64,000 bases of DNA from Macrostomum lignano (Eukaryota), in contig NIVC01002005.1 of the NCBI GenBank assembly GCA_002269645.1, positions 124,001-188,000 of the forward strand, given 5' to 3'. This document shows, in pieces, positions 26,975-42,200 of the stretch (positions are counted from its first letter, which is position 1; each line of letters begins with the position of its first letter). The position numbers and the translations under genes were made by a program. The notes beneath the pieces were generated by a model. The model was not told the origin of the DNA and did not search any database. It saw only the letters and a program-made list of their open reading frames with translations.

Positions 26975-28075
26975 ATGATGCTCAAATACGAGTCTGTCAG
27001 CTGCTCAAATATGAGTCTGTCAGCTGCTCAAATATTAGCCTGTCAGCTGCTCAAATATGAGTCTGTAGCTGCTCAAATATGAGTCTGTAGCTGCTCAAAT
27101 ACGAGTCTGTAGCTGCTCAAATATGAGTCTGTAGCTACCCAAATACGAGTCTGTAGCTGCTCAAATATGAGTCTGTAGCTACCCAAATACGAGTCTGTAG
27201 CTGCTCAAATATGAGTCTGTAGCTACCCAAATACGAGTCTGTAGCTGCTCAAATACGAGTCTGTAGCTGCTCAAATACGAGTCTGTAGCTACCCAAATAC
27301 GAGTCTGTAGCTGCTCAAATACGAGTCTGTAGCTGCTCAAATACGAGTCTGTAGCTGCTCAAATACGAGTCTGTAGCTGCTCAAATACGAGTCTGTAGCT
27401 GCTCAAATACGAGTCTGTAGCTGCTCAAATACGAGTCTGTAGCTGCTCAAATACGAGTCTGTAGCTGCTCAAATACGAGTCTGTAGCTGCTCAAATACGA
27501 GTCTGTAGCTGCTCAAATACGAGTCTGTAGCTGCTCAAATACGAGTCTGTAGCTGCTCAAATACGAGTCTGTAGCTGCTCAAATACGAGTCTGTAGCTGC
27601 TCAAATACGAGTCTGTAGCTGCTCAAATACGAGTCTGTAGCTACCCAAATACGAGTCTGTAGCTGCTCAAATACGAGTCTGTAGCTGCTCAAATACGAGT
27701 CTGTAGCTGCTCAAATACGAGTCTGTAGCTGCTCAAATACGAGTCTGTAGCTGCTCAAATACGAGTCTGTCAGATGCTCAAATACGAGTCTGTAGCTGCT
27801 CAAATATGAGTCTGTAGCTGCTCAAATACGAGTCTGTAGCTGCTCAAATATGAGTCTGTAGCTACCCAAATACGAGTCTGTAGCTGCTCAAATACGAGTC
27901 TGTAGCTGCTCAAATAAGACTCTGTCAGATGCTCAAATAAGACTCTGTCAGATGCTCAAATACGAGTCTGTCAGATGCTCAAATACGACTCTGTCGATGC
28001 TCAAATACGAGTCTAGCTGCTCAAATACGAGTCTGTAGCTGCTCAAATACGAGTCTGTTAGATGCTCAAATACGC
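26975..28075. repeat. 22-bp minisatellite
   Basis: Unit GCTGCTCAAATACGAGTCTGTA. Confidence 0.97.
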
Positions 28076-28519
28076 AGTCTGTGTGAGTCTATTTTGCATG
28101 TAAACCTCAAATTAGACATTTTAAGGACTAGTTGTCGTCTTGTATTTATTGCGTGGGACAGCGGGAGGGCAGAGGGGCGGTTGTATCAGTTAAGGTCGAA
28201 CAGGATAAAATTGATAAAAATTTCGAATAGCGCCTGGAGCACGTGACTTGGATTAAATCGGAAAAAAATTTTTTGCGAACACGCGGATATTGTTTCCGTG
28301 ACAATTAATTTATCCAACTTTCTAATTTCTTCTGACAGCTCTGACTCGATAATTAGTTCGAACTGATGAGGATTGGAGCTGAGATAGAAATATCTTGCTT
28401 GACTATGATTTTACTGAAAACTAGCTTACTAAATATGACATTGGCTCTAAGTTTGGAAAATTGGGATCAGTAACAACTTTATAAATATGAAATTTAAATG
28501 ACGTTGACTAGCTCCACTT

Positions 28520-29360
28520 ATAAGGAAGTGGCAATGATTGATAAGGAAGTGACAATGATTGATAAGGAAATGACAATGATTGATAAGGGACTGGCAATGA
28601 TTGATAAGAACTGGCAATGATTGATAAGGAAATGACAATGATTGATAAGGAACTGGCAATGATTGATAAGGGACTGGCAATGATTGATAAGAACTGGCAA
28701 TGATTGATAAGGAAGTGGCAATGATTGATAAGGGACTGGCAATGATTGATAAGGAAATGACAATGATTGATAAGGAACTGGCAATGATTGATAAGGGACT
28801 GGCAATGATTGATAAGAACTGGCAATGATTGATAAGGAAGTGGCAATGATTGATAAGGGACTGGCAATGATTGATAAGGAAATGACAATGATTGATAAGG
28901 AAATGACAATGATTGATAAGGAACTGGCAATGATTGATAAGGGACTGGCAATGATTGATAAGGAACTGGCAATGATTGATAAGGAAATGACAATGATTGA
29001 TAAGGAACTGGCAATGATTGATAAGGGACTGGCAATGATTGATAAGAACTGGCAATGATTGATAAGGAAGTGGCAATGATTGATAAGGGACTGGCAATGA
29101 TTGATAAGGAAATGACAATGATTGATAACGAAGTGGCAATGATTGATAAGGAAGTGAACATGATTGATAAGGAAGTGAACATGATTGATAAGTATCTGAC
29201 AATGATTGATAAGGAAGTGGCAATGATTTATAAGAAAATGACAATGATTGATAAGGAAATGACAATGATTGATAAGGAAATGACAATGATTGATAAGGAA
29301 ATGACAATGATTGATAAGGAAATGACAATGATTGATAAGGAAGTGGCGATGATTGATCGG
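28520..29360. repeat. 21-bp minisatellite
   Basis: Unit ATGATTGATAAGGAA(A/C/G)TG(A/G)CA. Confidence 0.96.
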
Positions 29361-30159
29361 TAAATGGCCCTGATTGTAAAATATTTTTACAGTTTAGTCG
29401 GATTCCAACAGAAAACCGAGCTCATCATTTCAATTTGAAAGAAGAAATTATTTTTTTCTTTAAATAATTTAGACCCATCTACTGTTAGTAGACAGTTTAG
29501 CTAATTTACTCTTTTTCCGTTCCATTTTAGTTTATCAACGTGTCCACAAAATATTGCAAAATTAATAACTTGTCTTTTTATTGTGTTGCACCCTTGGGCG
29601 GCCATGGAAAATGAGAAACATTGGATACAGACTATTCAATAAAATTAAGCTCCCAGTAACCAGCATCTTCCATTGTCCCCAGCAAGATGTTTAGATAAAG
29701 TGGATATTCAGTTTAAGCCAGCTTGTTTACCCATTCGAAAACTGTACTGCACAAACTCTATCCTCTACAGAGAGGTTCTTCGAATTATAGAAATCGCTAC
29801 ATTAATATTGTAGCTGTTTTCCTACGTAGTAGCTAAATTGAACTTTAATTTAAAATGGCTCTTTTTTCTTAATTTACTATGGCGTAAGTTTTTCATATAT
29901 TTGTAAATCTTTCACAGTTTTATAATTTTTGTTATTGAGATTCTTGGGATTTCAAGAACTTCTCTATCGATTGTCCAACTTTGTGTAATACGTCAAAAAT
30001 TGCAATGTTTTGTAAACCTGAACGCTATGTGCGTCCATTGGTCCAGGAGGCTGATTGGCTATGGGATGTGCCTTGCCTCTTGTTATGAATATGATGAATG
30101 CAGTTCACTGCTGTAGCAACTGGGTATTTCAGTTTTCTACTTATAACTGCATGCGTCAG

Positions 30160-32592
<2,433 letters not shown>

Positions 32593-32704
32593 CGTCATTT
32601 CGGAATTTGGAGTCTAGAGCTGAATCTGATAATTTATTTATTGCATCGAAAATTTTTATTTGAGTATAAATTAATCATTACACGGATAACCTGTTCTTAG
32701 GTAA

Positions 32705-33275
32705 GCAGATCTGTCACTCCATCAATTACAGATCTGTCACTCCATCAATTACAGATCTGTCACTCCATCAATTACAGATCTGTCACTCCATCAATTACAG
32801 ATCTGTCACTCAATCAATTACAGATCTGTCACTCAATCAATTACAGATCTGTCACTCAATCAATTACAGATCTGTCACTCAATCAATTACAGATCTGTCA
32901 CTCCATCAATTACAAATCTGTCACTCCATCAATTACAAATTTGTCACTCCATCAATTACAGATCTGTCACTCAATCAATTACAGATCTGTCACTCAATCA
33001 ATTACAGATCTGTCACTCCATCAATTACAGATCTGTCACTCCATCAATTACAGATCTGTCACTCAATCAATTACAGATCTGTCACTCCATCAATTACAGA
33101 TCTGTCACTCAATCAATTACAGTTCTGTCACTCCATCAATTACAAATTTGTCACTCCATCAATTACAGATCTGTCACTCCATCAATTACAGATCTGTCAC
33201 TCCATCAATTACAAATCTGTCACTCCATCAATTACAGATCTGTCACTCCATCAATTACAGATCTGTCACTCCAAT
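32705..33275. repeat. 23-bp minisatellite
   Basis: Unit CAGATCTGTCACTC(C/A)ATCAATTA. Confidence 0.96.
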
Positions 33276-34086
33276 TAGAGATGTCGCTGCATTACTTATA
33301 GATCTGTCATCACATCTTCAAAATCGCATTCGTACGTGCATGGAATTGACAATAGTTAGAACAATAAAGTAGTGCCGAGTACATTTGCACATGTACAATA
33401 AAAGCTATTGTCACTACACAATAATATAAAGTAAATTGGCCTGCTAATTAGATCAATGGTGTACACATAATTATAATATTTGTAAAGCTTTCGACCAGGG
33501 CAGGACTTGGCTGCTTACAATTATCTAGATATGCATCTAATTTAGCTAAACAAAACGCCGAAAGTGAAACCAGCCAGCTTACATGTATAACATATACATA
33601 CACATTGATACACATGCAGTATATGCATGAATAATCAATATCCAACGCGGTCACTTCCACATGTGAGAATGCTAAGGGAGAGGCATCTGCAGTATAAAGG
33701 AAGCATGGAAGATGGATTTACGATTTTCTGGGCCCCATTTGTGATTCATACTGTATATATACTTCGTATCAAGCCACAGCGATACTATAATGATGCATAA
33801 ATAATTCGTACATATGCATATTTGACTGGCTGCATTATACAGATCGGCGCAAATTTGCATACATGCTTTATGTATGCAAGGACCAGTATAAATATTACTT
33901 GGCTCTGGTGGCCTACTTAAATCATGCATATGCATGTACTCTATATGCATTCTCCATATTCTGAAATATTTACCTACTCGACTCCCGACTAGCCTCAGTT
34001 CTCAGGAAAATGAAAGCAAAGGCGAACATTCGCATTTTATTTGTAGAGATAATACGAAATTACGAAATTACAATTTATTAATCAAT

Positions 34087-34133
34087 CTTCGCGCGACATG
34101 TTTCGCCGAACAATCGGCATCTTCAGGCAAAGC
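34087..34133 (-). ncRNA. Minimal type I hammerhead ribozyme (Penelope-associated)
   Basis: Minus strand reads GCUUUGC-CUGAAGA-U-GCCGA UUGU UCGGC-GAAA-CAU-GUC-GCGCGAAG: complete catalytic core, perfect 5-bp stem II, palindromic ACAUGU mini stem III, GUC cleavage triplet, imperfect stem I. It lies ~110 nt downstream of the element's ORF stop. Confidence 0.8.
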
Positions 34134-35300
34134 AATAATATAGTTTCAGAGAGACGGTAATTTTTTTAAAGTCTAGTAGGCCAAAAAGATTGTAAGAATG
34201 GGTAACCGAGTTAGATGGCCCTAAATAAGAGGCAAGCGCATGGGGTCAGAACACCCTTAGATGGAAACTCGCCCCTCTACCACCAAGCTGGATGTTCATG
34301 GTGGGCTTAAGCTGTTTAATGTACAACGCCTCAAGAGTAGACAACTTCAAACTCTGGCGATTACGATCGATAATTTAAAATTTCTAAGCATTTCTAACTT
34401 TAGCACATTGATTGCACATTAGGAGGTGGTCGTACACAGCGCTAGCTCTTGTACGATGCTCCTTTACCCTTTACCTATGTAAAACCGGCGTTGGTCAGCA
34501 ACGCACGAGAATTTGTAGATAACTCCCGCACACAAGGTTTTCGGTACACTGCACTTGAGTGTTTGCACGCATTGCGACACCTTCGTAGTATAGAACACAG
34601 GGAAGACCTTAGTGTTCATGTGGGTTATGACAGATGGCCGTTATTTTACGGCAGAACCTAAGCTAGGCAGCCCAATGTGTGGCACTTGAATGATATTGGA
34701 ACGGGAAACTCTGTCGTTCTTAACATTTTCCATGGTTTCGCGAATAAAACCAACCTTCCAAGAGTTGGGGCAAATAACACGGTAGTTGAGCATGAGCCCA
34801 GTAAACGTTTTCTTGCGGTAAACAGACGTTTCGAGGTTGCGGCCATTGTGGCGAGCAGTGACATCGAGAAAGTTAAAAATTTTATCACCAATCTCAGCAG
34901 TGAATTTAATGTTAGGATGGGTGTTGTTAATGACGTTCAGGACTTCCGTGTATGGGCTCCCTTTGGTGTTGAAGATAGTGAACGTGTCGTCCACATAGCG
35001 GTGGTACACCAGTGGGGCACATGGGCACTTCAGCCATTCAGCTTCCCAGTGGGCAAGGCAGAGGTTGGCAAGCGTTGGCGCAAGGGGACTACCCATAGCA
35101 CAACCGTCTATCTGCCGGTAGAGGTGCTCACGGTACATGAACAGGCCATTGGTACTAAACTTGAGCAGCTTACGGAAAATATCCTCACTAAAAGGAGCTT
35201 GTATAGAACAGTCCTCACTGCCTGTAGATACGTTTTCAGTGAGCACTGTCCTATACAAGTCTTGTATAGAAGTCTTGTTGAACTGATAAACGACACAGCG
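34087..35300 (-). mobile_element. Penelope-like retroelement (RT + GIY-YIG endonuclease), 5'-truncated and decayed
   Basis: RT motifs YRQIDGCAMGSPLAPTLAN, YHRYVDDTF, HPNIKFT and FLDV (34641-35258). After a stop: GVIYKFSCVADQRRFYIGK (GIY-YIG), a frameshift/deletion, then VKEH..SAVYDHL..F*IID..LSTLEALYIKQLKPTMNIQL..LRVF* ending at 34246. Confidence 0.92.
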
Positions 35301-35630
35301 CAGTCTACTCTTCTACTCTACTCTACCCAGTCTACTCTTCTACTCTACTCTACCCAGTCTACCCTTCTATCTCTACTCTACCCAGTCTATTCTACTACTC
35401 CACTCTACCCAGTATACTTTTCTACTTTACTCTACACAGTCTACTCTTCTACTCTACTCTACCCAGTCTATTCTTCTACTCCACTCTACCCAGTATACTT
35501 TTCTACTTTACTCTACACAGTCTACTCTACTCTTCTATCTCTACTCTACCTAGTCTACTTTTTAATTCTATGTCTACTTCTAGCTTTACCCGATCTACTC
35601 TACTTATCTAAATCTACTATCTACTCTAGT
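35300..35630. repeat. CTACT-based degenerate minisatellite
   Basis: (CTACT)n interspersed with ACCCAGT/ACACAGT; abuts the Penelope 5' truncation point. Confidence 0.88.
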
Positions 35631-36224
35631 AAGCCCACACAGAGAAACAAATAAAGACAGCAATATACTTGAGCAGCGATAATGTTACTCAGCGGCTTAA
35701 GCATCATCAATATTAGCAAAAGAACGCACAGCAGCGAACGCTGTCATATTTCATGTTTTCTTATTCATATTCTGTATATTAATGAGATAAGACAGCATAA
35801 TAATTAGTCTACGAATCAAACATGAAAGTGCGAGAAAAAAACGTTATTTCAATTATATATAAATTTCTATTAACAATTAGATGGATTTTAAATAGGCGCA
35901 ACCAAGTACTGAATACATCAGGTTTAAACAATTATACTAATTACTATATAGAACAGAGATAAGAGCAGTGGGCATAAATGGGCGGGTCATGCATTGAGAA
36001 GATGGGGTTACAAGCTAAAGGGATTCAGATATTAAATGCGATACTGACTGCCTGTCTGCAGCGCTAGGCAAACTTTAATAATGCAGACAGATTAACTCTT
36101 ACTCGATAAGTTGTGCTTTGCAAAACTTGCAGTTGATAATTTTTTGGGAGCAATAGTAATTATATGACCAAATTAGATTTACTTAAAAACTGTTTAAATG
36201 GGGCTGCAGTGAAAATTAAAGTGA

Positions 36225-37160
36225 CGATAGAGTGATCAGAGAGTGATAATAGAGTGATCAGAAAGAGTCATATTAGAGTGATCAGCAGTGATTAGAGTGA
36301 TCAGAGGGTGATAAAAGAGTGATCAGAAAGACTGATATTGGAGTGACCAGAGAGTGATATTAGAGTGATCAGAGAGTGATAATAGAGTAATAATAGAGTG
36401 ATCAGAAAGAGTCATATTAGAGTGATCAGCAGTGATTAGAGTGATCAGAGAATGATAAGAGAGTGATAATAGGGTGATCAGACAGTGATAAGAGAGTGAT
36501 AATAGGGTGATCAGAGAGTGATAATAAAGTGATCGAAAAGAGTGATATTAGAGTGACCAGAGAGTGATATTAGAGTGACCAGAGAGTGATATTAGAGTGA
36601 TCGGAAAGAGTGATATTAGAGTGACCAGAGAGTGATATTATAGTGATCGGAAAGAGTGATATTAGAGTGACCAGAGAGTGATATTAGAGTGATCGGAAAG
36701 AGTGATATTAGAGTGACCAGAGAGTGATAATAGAGTGATAATATAGTGATCGGAAAGAGTAATATTAGAGTGACCAGAGAGTGATATTAGAGTGATCGGA
36801 AAGAGTGATTAATTAGAGTGATAATAGAGTGATCGGAAAGAGTGATTAATTAGAGTGATAATAGAGTGATCGAAAAGAGTGATATTAGAGTGACCAGAGA
36901 GTGATATTAGAGTGATCGGAAAGAGTGATATTAGAGTGACCAGAGAGTGATAATAGAGTGATAATATAGTGATCGGAAAGAGTAATATTAGAGTGACCAG
37001 AGAGTGATATTAGAGCGATCGGAAAGAGTGATTAATTAGAGTGATAATAGAGTGATCGGAAAGAGTGATTAATTAGAGTGATAATAGAGTGATCGAAAAT
37101 AGTGATATTAGAGTGACCAGAGGATGATAATAGAGTGACCAGAAAGAGTGATTAGAGAGT
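36225..37160. repeat. AGAGTGA-based minisatellite (~11-13-bp subunits)
   Basis: Alternating AGAGTGATATT, AGAGTGACCAG and AGTGATCGGAA. Confidence 0.93.
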
Positions 37161-37554
37161 GAAGAAGCCATAAATGAATATTTACGCAAGCAAAGCAAGA
37201 AAGACAATTTGATTTACTAACTATGCAACTAATTACGATGTACTTTTACTATTATAATAATAAAAATCACAAGCCTTGGGCAAATCTTTAATTTTGAACA
37301 ACAAATGACACACAGCACAGAATTAACAGGCAGCATAATACATATATTTTACCATCCATAACACTAAAAGGCACCAAAACACACATTATTAGTAAGCAAG
37401 GTTTCGAAGCCAGGTGCATATTTCCGAAACACACATTTGCCATAATTATTGAGTAGAAAAATAAACGAGGCATACAGATTGCCCTAGTCGAAGATGGACT
37501 GACATTTACAACTACAAAAGTATTCGGTTTATATAATCTGTTAGCTTTTAGAAA

Positions 37555-39275
37555 TCATTTGAGCAGACACTTCTCAAAGTACTCTTCGCCAACGTAGCCG
37601 CCTCGCATAGATCTGAGCACATTCTGCTCAAACAGTCGCCTATTTGACTTCAACACCTCGGCCGCCTCTCGATTTAGTGGGTCGTCAGGATTTGGCTCCT
37701 GTAGGAGACATTGAATTGTTGCATACTAAACTATTTCTGCTGAATTTGTCTACTTAAAGTAGTCTGACGTGAAGGTTTTTATATATTTCTATTTTTTAGA
37801 ATTTCAGGAAGCCTGTTAAATAGGGAATTTGATGTGAGCCTCTCACGGTGGGGATCTTAACTAAGGGGATCTAATATAAGGGATTTGAAATTTGGAACCT
37901 GACGCATGGCATTTGAAATATGGGATCCAACCATGGGATAATGGGATCTAGAATCAGGGATCTGAACATGGGATATAAAATGGGATTTAAAGTCCAGGAT
38001 TTGAACGTGTGATCTAAAAAGGGATCCAAAGTGAGAACTAAATGGGATTTTAAATTGGATCTAATCATGAAATCTAAAATGGGATCTAGAATCAGGGATT
38101 TGAACATGGGATCAAAATCAGGGATCTGAACATAGGATCTAAAATCAGGAATCTGAACATGGGATCAAAATCAGGGATCTGAACATAGGATCTAAAATCA
38201 GGAATCTGAACATAGGATCTAAAATCAGGAATCTAAACATGGGATCAAAATCTGGGATCTGAAATGGGATCAAAATCTGGGATCTGAAATAGGAAAAAAA
38301 TCAGGGATCTGAAATGGGATCAAAATCAGGGATCTGAAATAGGATCAAAATCTGGGATCTGAAATGGGATCTTAAACCAGGGGTCTGAAACATGGATCTA
38401 AAAATTAAGGAACTGAAATATGATATTTAAAACTGGGGATCTGGAACAGGCCGACAAAAAGTCACCTGGAACAGCAGTTGCAGGCCGTAGATGACAGAGT
38501 TGATTGACAGCACTGGTTTCCAGTCTTCGCGCAGCACATTGAGACACACATTGCCCTCCAAGTCGATATTGGGATGATAGACTTTAGTTTCGCATTTCAC
38601 TTTGGGCGCCTCGTGAGGATACTGATCGGTGACGTGAAAGTTAAAGATAAACAAACCGCCTTTGTAGAAGCCTTCGTCTGGTGCGATGGCCAATTTGAAG
38701 TTCATGAGGTCATTTGGATTTGGATAGGTCAGGCGGGTGCAGTGGTTCTTGGTGTCAATGTCCGACAGGTCTTGAGGGTGAGGTGAAATATTATTTACAA
38801 TCAAATGAGTACATCATATAGTGCCGTATTATAGAATAGTTTTTAATTTTGATCAACTTTCGTAAATGGTCAGAAGTCTGTCAAATAAAATTCAGGGTTC
38901 CACACAAACTTATCTTTAGACACTTGGTGGTTCCACAGACATTTCTTTTCAGAAACTTCATGGCAGGGTTTTGCTGGCACTTATCTCCAGGAACTTCAGG
39001 TTCCACTGGCACTTATCTTCACGAACTTCAGGTTCCACTGCCACTTATCTTCAGGAATATCAGGGTAGAGTTCCACTGCTACTCATCTTAAGACATTTGG
39101 ATATCCATTGCTACCTCTTTTAAAGCTTTATTGGTTTACTGCTATTTTTAGCAAGATTTGGTGTATGATTGTCTTTATTATTACCTTTTTGCACTCGCAA
39201 ATAAGCTGGGGAACTTTTTGATGTAGATTTGTTAGAATTTTTGTTCTCCTGTGACTTTTTGTGCAAATTCAACAT
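37555..39275 (-). CDS. UBE2M: NEDD8-conjugating enzyme UBC12/UBE2M, 179 aa
   Basis: Exons 39275-39185 ([20 protein letters not shown]), 38770-38466 ([67 protein letters not shown]) and 37698-37555 ([40 protein letters not shown]); 540 nt, catalytic Cys present. Confidence 0.95.
37865..38410. repeat. GGATC-based degenerate minisatellite in UBE2M intron 2
   Basis: Units such as AATCAGGGATCTGAACATGGGATCAA. Confidence 0.88.
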
Positions 39276-42200
39276 GATTTCTGGAACTGAGAGCATTGCT
39301 TGTAATAAATAATTTTTTAAGAAATTTTATTATTTTTTGTTACATTATGAGGTACAAAGGCAAGGGAAAAACTAAATACAATAATCAATAAAAGAAAATA
39401 AAGCAACATATGTATCCATGGGTACAGATCTCTGACAATACTATATATCTTGTGTACAGCATGTTGCAGCATTTGGCATTTGAAAAAAAGATTAAAAGTA
39501 TATCCCACATATTACATACTTAGAACTATTTAATTTTTATCAAAAAGTTCCAACTCAACATCTCATTATTCTCATTAAAGTCTAGACTTTTATTGCTTGT
39601 CTATTGTTTTGTATATAATGTATTATTTCTATATTTTCCTATTGCTGTTGTATATTTTGGCATTTTTCTTATTGCTATAGCTTGTCTATAGTGAAGTTTG
39701 AAAATTGTAGACTACAATAAGTGAACAAGAGCTTGAGCAATAAATAAGCTCTAAACTTAAGGTTAAGCCATAATAATTCAAATTTTCTTTTTAATTTTTA
39801 TAATTTTTGTATTTTTAGTATATTCTAATGTCAATAATAAGCAGACCACTGAAAGTAAACTAATGCAAGTAGAAATGCATGCAAAAATATCTGCATTATA
39901 TATTGACAGATTTTTTTATCTTGAAGAAAGGTGGGATAGCTATAATGGCTCTTATTACAATAAGAGCACCTTTTAGTGTCTTAGTATTGTCAAAACACAA
40001 CACGCGGCCAACTTTAAGACCTGGCTCACTGACTGTTACAAAGAAAAATGACTCCATTATCAAGGTTGCACTAAATGAAGTGGCTGCCCTTAAGTCTTTT
40101 TATACCAATACATATATGTATTGTATTGTAACATTAGACAATTGACTTGTGCTTTGCTTGACTATATGCTTAATCATAGTAGTATTAATAAGAATTTTTC
40201 TTTGAGAAGATAATTTAAATCAATGAAGCCTAGATTCAAGATAGACTTCCCTAATGTTTTAGGGAACTACTATTAGGAACTACTAATAAGAACTAATAGG
40301 AAACTACTCAAGTTTTAGAATGCATACCAAATAATTCTAGTTTAGGCCTATGCCTATATAGCATTTTCTAAAGTATAGATTAATATCAATGCAAATGCTT
40401 TTGAATAAGAATGCCTTTGAAGAGTGACTTTATTTTAATCTATAGTGCAAGATGGGTATATAAAAAAAGTTTCTTTTGTAGAATATACTAAGGCTAGCCA
40501 TTGTAAATGTTATACATAATTCATTTTTGCAAGGGTCTTTTCATTGAACATGTTGCATCATTAGCGATCCTACAGTTTTCCACTTTTAATTATTTTTGGC
40601 TTTTTTTCTACATTTTAGCTAAGCTGCAACGGCTAGTCCTGCACCTGCACCAAAGACAGTCATCCCACCTGCAGAAATTGAACCTGCCAATGCATTGGCT
40701 GCCTTAGATGTCAGTCTTTGGGAGCTGGTATTGGAGATATTAATATACCTCCAAGAGTTTTTATGGCGCCGGCTATTCCAAGAGTGTCAATTCAGGAACA
40801 TGTTGTATTGGATATGCCATTATTATCCATGTAAACTGTTGTGACCATCATGAGTGACTATTATATAAGTTTATCATCATTTCTTATTCCTGCTATGCCG
40901 TTATTTTTTGAAAAAGCTAAAAAAAAATTAAAAGCGGAAAACTGTAGAATTGCCATATCATCATATATGTTGGCCTCACTATTGTATAGGCGGTATAGCA
41001 ATAGCCTATTATATGCATTTACAAGTTCATAACAAGACCTTGTGAATTTATAAATGGTTAAATTATTAATGTTTACATTAGGCCTATTTGTAGAGCTATC
41101 AGCTATTGTAATATTTTTGCATAATACATTGTATAGTACTTAATTACATAAAAATTATTATTTTAAAAAATTATATTAAATCTTTGTTATATTTTTTCTA
41201 CAGTTTAACTTAAGTAGGCCCTATAAAAATTGCACAATTGGCTATTAAGTATAAAAATTGCCAAGTAAAAATTAAGTAGAATGTATGTAGAAACTTTGTA
41301 AAGAAGATTACTGCAAATAGGCTCCTTCCTACTAGCCTTCTTCAAAATTCATTTTACGAACTAGAACTATTAGGTAAAAAATTTTGAGGTCGGGGGGGGT
41401 TTGAAAACTATTCTCTGACTGGGCTTCTTGAAATTCGTTCGTTCTCGTCCGTTCGAATCGGTGCGCTTTGTCGTTTCAAACAAACTTAACGAAGATTTCG
41501 GCTTGTAGATGACGGGGAGCTCCGCTGCTGAGTTACTCTCAGGCTCAGGGGGAGGGTAGCTGTGGTCGCGGCTGAGCGGTCTAGTATGCCGACGTTGAGG
41601 AGGCCGAATGCAGAGATTTGTAGCCGATGAGGGGCACTTCAAAATAAACTAAAGTTTCTCGAGAGTGTTACTAATAGTAGTAGGTCGCTGCCACCACCGC
41701 GATTTTACGCGGGAAAAGCTCTAAAGCTGGAAACTAGCTCGAGTTTGCTCTAGCGCTTCTCGATAGACCTCTAAGGGTCAAAATAAAGTGCTTCCGAGGT
41801 CACGAAGTTAAGATACCGTTTCACACACAGAACTAAATGGGCCGGTATAAATATTTGGCCGAAAACTAGGTAATTATTATTATTAGGCGGCACTAAGTTA
41901 AGTAGCAAGATTAAGTATAACAAAACTAGCTTAATTATTAGACTTAAATTGGTGGACGAGGAGCTGGTCGGGTCGGGATACTGGGCTTACAAGATAGGGC
42001 CTCTCGTAGTGGTCTGAGTCGGGTCGGCGGGATTCCTTGGAGTTCGGGCAAAGGACACGAGAGTCTGGCTGGAAAGGCGGGGCGCAGACTCTTAAATTAG
42101 GTTCTTAGGAACCACCGGGCGGAAGCGGGTTACCCCGGGTGGGACCAAAGAGACACACGGTGGGGAGAGGGGAGGGTACACCGGGTGGTGACGACTAAAC

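Noticed and set aside
21450-28075. Regular repeat arrays as possible CRISPR arrays
   Set aside because: Head-to-tail units with no unique spacers, no cas genes, and a spliced eukaryotic context.
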